Assembly: GCA_041401985.1 (NCBI GenBank)
Contig: JAWKTE010000030.1
Span: forward strand, 1 to 27,120
From: Phycisphaerales bacterium
GTDB lineage: Bacteria > Planctomycetota > Phycisphaerae > Phycisphaerales > UBA1924
Length of the DNA: 27,120 nucleotides
Reading direction: 5' to 3'
Within the stretch, counting starts at the first letter, position 1. Each line of letters opens with the position of its first letter. A model generated the notes under the pieces. It saw only the letters and a list, made by a program, of their open reading frames with translations, did not search any database and was not told where the DNA came from. Position numbers and translations under genes: made by a program. Shown one piece after another: positions 7,723 through 15,004 of the stretch.

Positions 7723-8133
7723 TCAAAGCCCGGAACGCTTCCTGATCCACGTGATGAGGCTGACGATCAGGCCGAACACGGCGACCGTGAGTCCGACGGC
7801 CATGGCGATGGACAGCGGTTGCCACCACGGCGCGTTGCGAGAGCCGAACATCGCGCCATAGAGCAGATACAGGAACAGGAGCACCAGGAAGATGGTCAGG
7901 CCGCGCGCCGTCACACGCCAAAGGCGGGCTCTGGCGGGGCGGGTCCGGGCCATCGGCTCGAAGGAGAAGATCGTGTCGAGGCCGCACTCCGGGCAGCGGA
8001 TGGCGCCGTGCTCGATGGTGATCGCGCCGCCGAACTGGTAGCCGCAGTGCTCGCAGGCCGCGTTGCGGGGGCGGACGCCGTCGAGCGGGTTGCCCGCGTC
8101 GACGCTCGACGGCGTGTCTGCGGCGTCGTTCAC
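7723..8133 (-). CDS. Small (136 aa) membrane protein: N-terminal CxxC...CxxC zinc ribbon followed by two transmembrane helices.
   Basis: CEHCGYQFGG...IRCPECGLD, then LTIFLVLLFLYLLYGAMF and LSIAMAVGLTVAVFGLIVSLITWI. The GTG start at 8131-8133 overlaps the TGA stop (8130-8132) of the upstream glycosyltransferase (GTGA, 2-nt overlap), suggesting translational coupling. GAGGA lies about 8 nt upstream. Confidence 0.6.
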   Translation of the reverse strand: MNDAADTPSSVDAGNPLDGVRPRNAACEHCGYQFGGAITIEHGAIRCPECGLDTIFSFEPMARTRPARARLWRVTARGLTIFLVLLFLYLLYGAMFGSRNAPWWQPLSIAMAVGLTVAVFGLIVSLITWIRKRSGL

Positions 8134-9836
8134 GGCTCAGGTCCTCGGGCGGGTTGGTCCGGAAGATGCTCGTTTCCAGGGAGTTCGGTGCCCGGGCTCG
8201 CCCGGACGGCGTACACCTCGAACGAGTACTTGTGGACATCGAACGCGTCGATCCGCTCGGCGCGTTGGAGCAGGGCGGCGCAGCGATCGCGTTCGGTCGG
8301 CTCGCCATCGCCCAGCCCGTGCCGATCGGTCCGCACGATCAGGATGTCGCCGACGGCGGGCTCCACCGACTCAAGCGGCTTGACCCACCGCGCCCGCACG
8401 AGCGGGTTCCAGCGGCGTGCGTACAGCAGGACCTCGGGGCGGCACTCGACGAGTTGGTCGGCCCAGACGATCGGGCCGCGAGAGTCGAGCCCGACCTCCC
8501 GGCCGCTCGCTCCGTCGGCCGCGCGTTCGAGCACGGCGGCGAGGCCGGCCCCGGCCTCATCGCCGCTGGTGCGCCCGCGCGGGGCCTCGTACCAGACCAG
8601 GAAACCGACGAAGCCCGCGGCCAGCACGCCGACCCACACGCCGGGCCATCCCAGCCACAGCACGCGGGCCGCGCCCCGCCGGGCGCCCGCCATGCCGCCA
8701 ATTCCTTTGGGAGTGCGCCACGACGCGAGCGCGGCGGCCACAACCGGCGGCAGCAGCGTGCCCGCGGGCAGCGTGTACCGCGGGTTGGAGACGCCGATCG
8801 CGGTGTAGAACAGGATGGCGATCAGCCATGCCAGCGCAAAGACGCGTCCGGCTTCCTCGGCACGCAACGCGATCTCACCTGCGTCGCTGGCTGCCTCTCG
8901 CTCGGCCCGGCGTCGCGGCAGGAACAGCAGCAACGCGAGACCCGCGGGCAGCATGCTCACCCACGCCGCGCCGGGCAGCGTGAGGATCCGACTGACCTTT
9001 GAGCCCTCCCACAGGAACTCGCCGACGTCCTGCGTGATCACGGGACCATGCACGCGACCGAGGGCCTCGGCCATCGCCAAACTCACCAGCCCCAGCACCA
9101 GCCCCGGCACGACCAGAACCAGCGCGAGCCAAGGGCGGGCCATCACGCCGATCGAACGCCGGACGATGCACGCCGCGGGGACGATCGCGGCGACAACGGG
9201 CAGGGCCGCGGGGCCCTTGGCCAGCGCCATCGCTGCCAGAGCGCAACCGGACCCGAGCGCCGACAACCATCCGAGCCTGTCGCGCCGGAGCAGCGCATCG
9301 CCCAGGAGCAGAGCCGCCACGCCCCCGCTCGCGGCATGGAGCATCTCGATCTCCGCGGCCCGTGCGCTGGACCAAAAGAACGGGAACAGCGCCTGCGCCA
9401 CGCCGGCGGCGAGGCCCCACGGGCTGCCCACCCAGCGCGTCGTGACGCGCCACGAGACGAGCACGAGAACGGCCATCGCGATCGCCGAGGGCAATCGGGC
9501 CGCGAGTTCGGTCTTGCCGAGCAGGGCGCTCGACGCGGCGATGGCCCACATCATCCCGGGCGGCTTGCGGAGGTAGGGCGTCTCGAACAGTCGCGGCACG
9601 AGCCAGGCGTCGCCGGCCTCCCAGGGCATGCCGGCGTCGAGCATCTCCCAGGCGGGGCCGACGCGGTGGCCCTCGGAATAGGCCAGCCCGCGGTCGCCGA
9701 GACCGACGACGAAAAGGATGGCGCAGAGGGCGAGCAGGCCCGCGGCCTGGGCCCACTGCGGGAGCGCGGCCACGCCGGCGCGACGCGGCCGCGGCGCGGA
9801 CGAAACCGGTTCCGGCTTGTTCGATCTCGATGTCAC
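8130..9836 (-). CDS. ArnT/PMT-family (GT39/GT83) polyprenyl-phosphate-sugar dependent glycosyltransferase, polytopic membrane protein.
   Basis: There are more than 10 hydrophobic helices. The N-terminal loop (DRGLAYSEGHRVGPAWEMLDAGMPWEAGDAWLVPRLFETPYLRKPPGMMWAIA) matches the ArnT/PMT signature DExRYAExxxEMLxxGDWxxPxLxGxxYxEKPPLxYW. There is a large C-terminal periplasmic domain. Confidence 0.82.
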   Translation of the reverse strand: MTSRSNKPEPVSSAPRPRRAGVAALPQWAQAAGLLALCAILFVVGLGDRGLAYSEGHRVGPAWEMLDAGMPWEAGDAWLVPRLFETPYLRKPPGMMWAIAASSALLGKTELAARLPSAIAMAVLVLVSWRVTTRWVGSPWGLAAGVAQALFPFFWSSARAAEIEMLHAASGGVAALLLGDALLRRDRLGWLSALGSGCALAAMALAKGPAALPVVAAIVPAACIVRRSIGVMARPWLALVLVVPGLVLGLVSLAMAEALGRVHGPVITQDVGEFLWEGSKVSRILTLPGAAWVSMLPAGLALLLFLPRRRAEREAASDAGEIALRAEEAGRVFALAWLIAILFYTAIGVSNPRYTLPAGTLLPPVVAAALASWRTPKGIGGMAGARRGAARVLWLGWPGVWVGVLAAGFVGFLVWYEAPRGRTSGDEAGAGLAAVLERAADGASGREVGLDSRGPIVWADQLVECRPEVLLYARRWNPLVRARWVKPLESVEPAVGDILIVRTDRHGLGDGEPTERDRCAALLQRAERIDAFDVHKYSFEVYAVRASPGTELPGNEHLPDQPARGPEP

Positions 9837-9971
9837 GCGCGCCGCACCCGACGATTCGGAAGTGGCCCGGGGCCACGTGCCCTGGGCTTTCGGAGCGTGG
9901 AGTGTAACGCGGTGCTTGCTTGGGGCCGCTCGCAGGAGGTAGACGAAGCCGCGTTGGTTGGCCCCGCTTGC

Positions 9972-11033
9972 TTATCCGTTCTTCAGCGACGCCATGTCGA
10001 TCGAGAAGCGGTACTTCACGTCGCTCTTGAGCAGGCGCTCGTAGGCCTCGTTGACCTTCTGGATCGGGATGACCTCGACGTCGGCGGTGATGCCGTGCTT
10101 GCCGCAGAAGTCGAGCATCTCCTGGGTCTCGGCGATGCCGCCGATGATCGAGCCGGAGAGGCGGCGACGCCCGAAGAGCAGCGCGAAAGCGAAGACCTGC
10201 AGCGGCTCCTCGGGGGCGCCGACGAGGGTGAGCTCGCCGTCGGGAGCGAGCATGTTGAGGTAGGCGTTGATGTCGTGGTTGGCCGAGACGCAGTCGAGGA
10301 TGAAGTGGAAGGAGCCGGCGTGGGCGTTCATCTGGGCCTGGTCCTTGGACAGGATCACGTCGTCGGCCCCGAGGCGCTTGGCGTCCTCCACCTTGCTGGG
10401 CGAGGTCGTGAACACCGCGACGCGGGCGCCCATCGCCTTGGCGATCTTGACGCCCATGTGGCCCAGCCCGCCGAGCCCGACGATGCCGACCTTCTTGCCG
10501 GGCCCAAGGTTGGCCCGCTTGAGCGGGGAGTAGGTGGTGATGCCGGCGCACAGGAGCGGGGCCGTGGCCGAGAGTTCGAGGTTCTTGGGGATGCGCAGGA
10601 CGAAGCGCTGGTCGACGACGATGCTGTCGGAGTACCCGCCGTAGGTCACGGGCGCGGTGCCGTGCTTGTCGGGCGAGTTGTACGTGAGCACCATGTTGGG
10701 GCAGAGTTGCTCGAGGTCCTTCTTGCAGTTCGGGCACGACTGGTCCGAACCGACGAGGCAGCCGACACCGACGGTGTCGCCGACCTTGAATCCTGTGACG
10801 CCGGCGCCGACCGCCGTCACGCGCCCGACGATCTCGTGCCCCGGCACGCAGGGGTAAACAGTCGGCATGACCGAGTGCCACTCGTCGCGGGCCTGGTGCA
10901 GGTCGGAGTGGCAGATGCCGCAGTAGAGGATCTCGATCCGCACGTCGCTCGCAGTCGGCTCGCGGCGCGGGATGGACGTGGGCTTGAACGGGGACTTGGC
11001 GCTGTCGACGGCGTAGGCCTTGGCGGTGGGCAT
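9972..11033 (-). CDS. yahK: NADPH-dependent Zn-containing alcohol dehydrogenase / aldehyde reductase (YahK/cinnamyl-alcohol-dehydrogenase subfamily).
   Basis: From ATG 11033: MPTAKAYAVDSAKSPFKP...DVRIEILYCGICHSDLHQARDEW...TVYPCVPGHEIVGRV...LLCAGITTYSPL...GIVGLGGLGHMGVKIA...KYRFSIDM. This is near-collinear with E. coli YahK as I recall it. The upstream 99 codons of the track ORF are R/G/P-rich junk. TAA at 9972-9974. Confidence 0.88.
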   Translation of the reverse strand: MPTAKAYAVDSAKSPFKPTSIPRREPTASDVRIEILYCGICHSDLHQARDEWHSVMPTVYPCVPGHEIVGRVTAVGAGVTGFKVGDTVGVGCLVGSDQSCPNCKKDLEQLCPNMVLTYNSPDKHGTAPVTYGGYSDSIVVDQRFVLRIPKNLELSATAPLLCAGITTYSPLKRANLGPGKKVGIVGLGGLGHMGVKIAKAMGARVAVFTTSPSKVEDAKRLGADDVILSKDQAQMNAHAGSFHFILDCVSANHDINAYLNMLAPDGELTLVGAPEEPLQVFAFALLFGRRRLSGSIIGGIAETQEMLDFCGKHGITADVEVIPIQKVNEAYERLLKSDVKYRFSIDMASLKNG

Positions 11034-11116
11034 CGGGTGCTCCGGTGGTGGCGGGGACTGTTTCGAGCGATGGTCTGTCGGGCGTGGGCGAGCAAGATCG
11101 CAGCGCAGCTTGGGCG

Positions 11117-11869
11117 TCAGTCGGGCGATCCGGATGGCGTGCCGGGCCCTGCCACGCCGGGATTCCCGGCCTCGGGCGGGGAGCCGGTACCGGCCGCGCC
11201 CGAAGGCGTTGGGCCGTCGGGGCCTGGGTCCTCCGGGGTCGCGGCCGGCGCCGGATCGCCCCGGCCTCGGGCGGCACCAACGTCGATGGCCCCGCCCTCG
11301 CGGAACGCCCGCGTGATTTCCGGCTCCCAACGCTCGATCATCTCGGCCAGGTGCGGATTGCGTGATGGGCTGTGTCCGATGCGCCGGGCCTCGCGCATCG
11401 CGTCCTCGGGGGTCGCCCCCTCGACGATGCGCCGGTACATGTAGACCAGCATGCCGGTGCGCTCGGTGCCGGCCCCGCAGTGCACGAGCACGGGTTGGTT
11501 GGCGGGGTCGGTCATGAGGCGGAGGGCCTCGACGTAGTCGTTCGGGTCGCCGGTCGAGTCGCCGATGAGGTCGAAGACGTGGCGTTCGACGCCGAGCACG
11601 TCGGCGGTGCGGGCCTCAAGGCGCTCGCCGCGCGGGTCATCGACCCAGGCGCCCAGATCGACGATGGTCTTGATGTCGTGCCCACGGACGACCTGCTCCA
11701 TCGCGGCCGGCGTGAGTTTGCCTGAGCGGTAGATCGTGCCGGCGGCGACCTCGTGGAACCGCTTGGGGATGACGTGGGGCTTGACGAGGCGGTCCCACGC
11801 GAGCGCGCCGGCCGCGACGCCGGCAATCGCCAGAACGACAACGCCCGCTGGTGAGATCCGTCGTGGCAT
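11117..11869 (-). CDS. Membrane-anchored protein tyrosine/dual-specificity phosphatase-like protein (CX5R P-loop) with a Pro/Gly-rich C-terminal tail.
   Basis: VHCGAGTERTG is a CX5R(T) catalytic loop. There is an N-terminal TM anchor (RISPAGVVVLAIAGVAAGALAW). The C-terminal 60 aa are P/G/A/D-rich. Start is ATG 11869; the longer track ORF to 11977 runs through a 28-bp inverted-repeat hairpin. TGA at 11117-11119. Confidence 0.72.
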   Translation of the reverse strand: MPRRISPAGVVVLAIAGVAAGALAWDRLVKPHVIPKRFHEVAAGTIYRSGKLTPAAMEQVVRGHDIKTIVDLGAWVDDPRGERLEARTADVLGVERHVFDLIGDSTGDPNDYVEALRLMTDPANQPVLVHCGAGTERTGMLVYMYRRIVEGATPEDAMREARRIGHSPSRNPHLAEMIERWEPEITRAFREGGAIDVGAARGRGDPAPAATPEDPGPDGPTPSGAAGTGSPPEAGNPGVAGPGTPSGSPD

Positions 11870-11900
11870 GACGGGATGGTAGAGGCGTTCGAGCGGGCAC

Positions 11901-12010
11901 GGCGCAGAGCCCGACGCGCGAGCGTCGCGGTCCGTTGCCCGGGTCGCCCGCGAAGTTCGACGCGCTCCGCCCGCCATCGACCACGACGCTCGCGCGTCGG
12001 GCTCTGCGCT
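11901..12010. repeat. 28/30-bp inverted repeat (long stem-loop) between the large disordered-protein gene and the phosphatase gene.
   Basis: ggcgcagagcccgacgcgcgagcgtcgcgg (11901-11930) and ccacgacgctcgcgcgtcgggctctgcgct (11981-12010) are reverse complements, about 28/30 matches, with a 50-nt spacer. The right arm overlaps the TAG stop of the upstream minus-strand gene. Confidence 0.55.
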
Positions 12011-14771
12011 AGGGGCGGGCGTCCGGCGCGTCCTCGGCCCGCGGCGGCTCGCCCGCGCGCTCGCCGTAGCGCCGGAACACGCGCCGGATCAGGTCGCTGT
12101 AGCGGCTCGGCACCTCCTGGGCCTCGACCGCTCGCTCGGCCCCGGCCGCGGCCTCCCGGACGCGCGCGCCCAGGGCCTCCCGGCGGGCCGCGGGATCGGC
12201 GGTCATCTCGCCCGGCTCGCCGAGCCACTCGGAGATGATCTGCTCGCGGGCCGACTCGTCGGGACGCGAGGCGTTGACCGACTCGAAACGCGTCGGCTCG
12301 GTCGAACGGGGGCGCTGGGCGGATCGCTGACGCTCGGCCAGTTCACGCTGGAGCCGCGAGAGGCGGTCGCGCTGCTCGGGCGTGGTGCGTTCCAGCAGGC
12401 GGTCGGCCGCGTCGCGGAGGCGCTGGGCGTCGTCGAGGTTCTCCGCGGCCCTGCGCTGCAGATCGCCGGCCCGGTCGAGGTTGCGCTCGAGGGCATCCAG
12501 GGCGCGATCGATGTCGCCGGGCGAGGCGTCGCGCCCGGTTTCGTCGCCGGGGGCGTCGGTGAGCTGGTCGCGTTCGGCCTCGCTGTCGGCACCGTTCGAG
12601 TCCCTGGCTTGGCGCTGGCCGGCATCGTGGCCGTCACGCTCACCAGGTTGCTCGGACGCGGCGGCTTCGCCGGGCGTGGTACTGGTCGGGTCGGAAGGGT
12701 TGGGGGGCTGCTGCTGTCCGGGTTGGGCGCCTGGTCGGTCGGTGGGCTGCCCGGCCGGTTGGCCCGTCGGTCGTCCTGTGGGCTGCTCGCCGGGTTCAGC
12801 GGGTCGCTCGGTTGTCTGCGGGCCGGGCTGTTCTGAACCGGGCCGCGAGGAGGCGGGCTGTTCTCCACCGGGTTGCTGAGAGCCGGGCTCTTGTTGGCTC
12901 GGTTGCTCTCGCCCCGACTCCTGCTGACCCGGCCGCGGGCTGGTCCGTTGGCCGGGTTGCGTCTGGCCGGGTCGTTCTTGTGCTGGCTGCTGTGGGTCGG
13001 GCTGATCCGAGCCGGCCTGGTTCTCGCCGGGCTGGTTCTCGCCAGGCTGCTGCTGCGACGGCTGCTGCGATTGCGAACGCTGGTCCTGCTCGCCTCGTTC
13101 GATGGCCCGGGCAGCCTCGCGGAGCGACTCACCGATGTCGCGGGCCCGCTCCTGGGCTTCCCGCTCGCCGGACCGCTGGGCTTCCCGCTCGCGGTTCTCC
13201 TCGGCGATCTCGCGCGACTGACGCTCCGCCGTCGCCGGGTCCACGCCCTCACGCTCCAAGCGTTCACGGATCGCCTCGGGATCGGTCTCGCGGGCGACGT
13301 CGCGAGCGGCGTCTTCGGACAAGCCCCGCTCCTGCAACTCCTGCGATCGCTGCGACCGGTCGGTCGAGTTCTCGCGTTGGTTCGGGGTCGGTGTCGTCTG
13401 CGGCTGGGGCGGTGCCTGCTGTGTCCCGCCCGGTTGTGCGTCGGCGGACGACGGCTGGCCTGTTGCCTGCGTCGGCGACTCGCTCGGCTGCTCGGGGCCG
13501 CGAGCGTTGTCGGCGTCCGCGCCGTCGTTGGGTCCATCCGCGCCGTTGGCTTGCTCGCCCGGATCAGACGCCGATCCCGAATCCCGGTCGTCCGGCGACG
13601 CGCCCGCTTCGCCGCCCTCCGGCTCGTCCAATCCCTCGGCCAGCTCTTCCAGTTGTCGCGCGAGCCGCTCGCGCTCCTCGGGCGACATACGCTCGATGTC
13701 TTCGCGCATCGACCGCACCGCCTCCCGGGCAGATTCCAGGTCACCGTTCCGCAAGGCCCGCGCAAAGCGAGACGCGGCGTCGTTCGGCGCGGCGACATCA
13801 TCCCCCGTGCCCGATTGGCCGCCCGGCTGCGCCCCTTCGCCGGCTTCGCCCGACTCGCCGGGCGACTCGCCGCCTGAGGAATCGGAGGGGTTCGGTCGGC
13901 CCGACGCCCCCGCCCCACCACCCGCGCGGGCCAAACGCTCTCGCAGCGCCCGATCGGCCTCCATCCGCTCCTGCGCCTCACGCTCCAGACGCGACGCCGC
14001 GGACTCGACCGATTCGGCGGCCCTGGCGCGGGCGGACTGCGGATCGGCCCGGCCCTCGCTGAGTTCCCGTTCGAGTTCCTCAAGAGCGCCGAGGTCCTCG
14101 GTGCTCGCGGCGATTGCGTCCGCGCCGGACACCTCGCGCACGGTCGCCGCGGCATCGGCGATCGCGTCCGCGGCCTCGGCACGCTCCTGGGCGGACGCAA
14201 CGACGACCGCCGCCTCCGCACCGCGCCAGTCCGCCGTCGGCACCAGCACGCCCATCGCCGCCGCCGCGCCGACCAGCACTGGCGCGATGCCCCACGACCG
14301 CCCGAACTTCATCGCGACGACGCGCGTCGCGTCGACGCCCGCCGCGGCCGCCTCGCCGTCCTCGATCGCGAGCCGCTCGAATCCGCCGAGCGCCGCCGCG
14401 GGCTTGGCTCCCAAGGTCAGTGCCGTCGAAACGCGGCTGCCGAGCGTCAACGCCTTCTCGGCCGCCAGCACGCCGGCCAGCGCCCCCCACCGCTTCGCGA
14501 CCGCAGTCGCGACGCCGGCCGCGAGTCCGAGCATCGTCGGCACGCCGACCAACCAGCCCCAATGCACGCCGCCCGTCGCGCCAACACCTTCCGCGCCATC
14601 GCTCGGCACGCCCCACGACACCCCAAACCCGCTCGCCTTGGCCACGCCCACACACACCACCGCACCGATCGCCCCGAGCAGCACGCCACGACCGCCAAGC
14701 GACACCGCCGACGCCAGCAGCGCCCGACGGGCCACACGCTTCCCGGCCGACATGGATCGCGGGCTGAGCAT
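12009..14771 (-). CDS. Large (~920 aa) membrane-anchored hypothetical protein: N-terminal Gly/Ala-rich TM segments, a ~350-aa acidic Gln/Pro/Glu-rich disordered region with QPGE/QPGQ-type repeats, and a C-terminal helical R/E-rich domain.
   Basis: Long ORF with consistent third-position GC bias. TM candidates: LLASAVSLGGRGVLLGAIGAVVCVGVA, WGWLVGVPTMLGLAAGVATAVA, WGIAPVLVGAAAAMGVLVP. The low-complexity core contains NQPGENQPGENQAGSDQPDPQQPAQERPGQTQPGQ. C-terminus: ...QIISEWLGEPGEM...LIRRVFRRYGERAGE. The start is ambiguous (GTG 14795, ATG 14771, ATG 14753; no SD). TAG at 12009-12011. Confidence 0.62.
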   Translation of the reverse strand: MLSPRSMSAGKRVARRALLASAVSLGGRGVLLGAIGAVVCVGVAKASGFGVSWGVPSDGAEGVGATGGVHWGWLVGVPTMLGLAAGVATAVAKRWGALAGVLAAEKALTLGSRVSTALTLGAKPAAALGGFERLAIEDGEAAAAGVDATRVVAMKFGRSWGIAPVLVGAAAAMGVLVPTADWRGAEAAVVVASAQERAEAADAIADAAATVREVSGADAIAASTEDLGALEELERELSEGRADPQSARARAAESVESAASRLEREAQERMEADRALRERLARAGGGAGASGRPNPSDSSGGESPGESGEAGEGAQPGGQSGTGDDVAAPNDAASRFARALRNGDLESAREAVRSMREDIERMSPEERERLARQLEELAEGLDEPEGGEAGASPDDRDSGSASDPGEQANGADGPNDGADADNARGPEQPSESPTQATGQPSSADAQPGGTQQAPPQPQTTPTPNQRENSTDRSQRSQELQERGLSEDAARDVARETDPEAIRERLEREGVDPATAERQSREIAEENREREAQRSGEREAQERARDIGESLREAARAIERGEQDQRSQSQQPSQQQPGENQPGENQAGSDQPDPQQPAQERPGQTQPGQRTSPRPGQQESGREQPSQQEPGSQQPGGEQPASSRPGSEQPGPQTTERPAEPGEQPTGRPTGQPAGQPTDRPGAQPGQQQPPNPSDPTSTTPGEAAASEQPGERDGHDAGQRQARDSNGADSEAERDQLTDAPGDETGRDASPGDIDRALDALERNLDRAGDLQRRAAENLDDAQRLRDAADRLLERTTPEQRDRLSRLQRELAERQRSAQRPRSTEPTRFESVNASRPDESAREQIISEWLGEPGEMTADPAARREALGARVREAAAGAERAVEAQEVPSRYSDLIRRVFRRYGERAGEPPRAEDAPDARP

Positions 14772-15004
14772 CACCACAACTGTACGATCCGGCACGCTTC
14801 CGGTTTGGTCACGACCGCGTCACGGCCCCCGTCCCGGGCACGATGCGCCGACGTCCACACCGGCCCGCGTCCTGAAAGCCCCACTCCCCCAATCCGTACA
14901 ATCCTCCGTGTCATCCTGCGCGCGGCCTCGCACGGTCCCCCGCCGACCCGCGTCCTGCCCGGGACGCCGCCAAGGCCGCCGCCGCGTGACCACAGGGGGA
15001 CGCC

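Noticed and set aside
8875-11444. 801-aa minus ORF (8875..11280) and 798-aa plus ORF (9048..11444) spanning the ADH and GT39 region.
   Set aside because: Out of frame or antisense to the YahK-like and ArnT-like genes, both of which have strong family signatures. Compositions are R/G/P-rich.
11870-11977. N-terminal 36 codons of the track ORF for the phosphatase.
   Set aside because: The region is occupied by a 28-bp inverted-repeat hairpin and is Arg/Ala/Thr-rich. ATG 11869 precedes the TM anchor directly.
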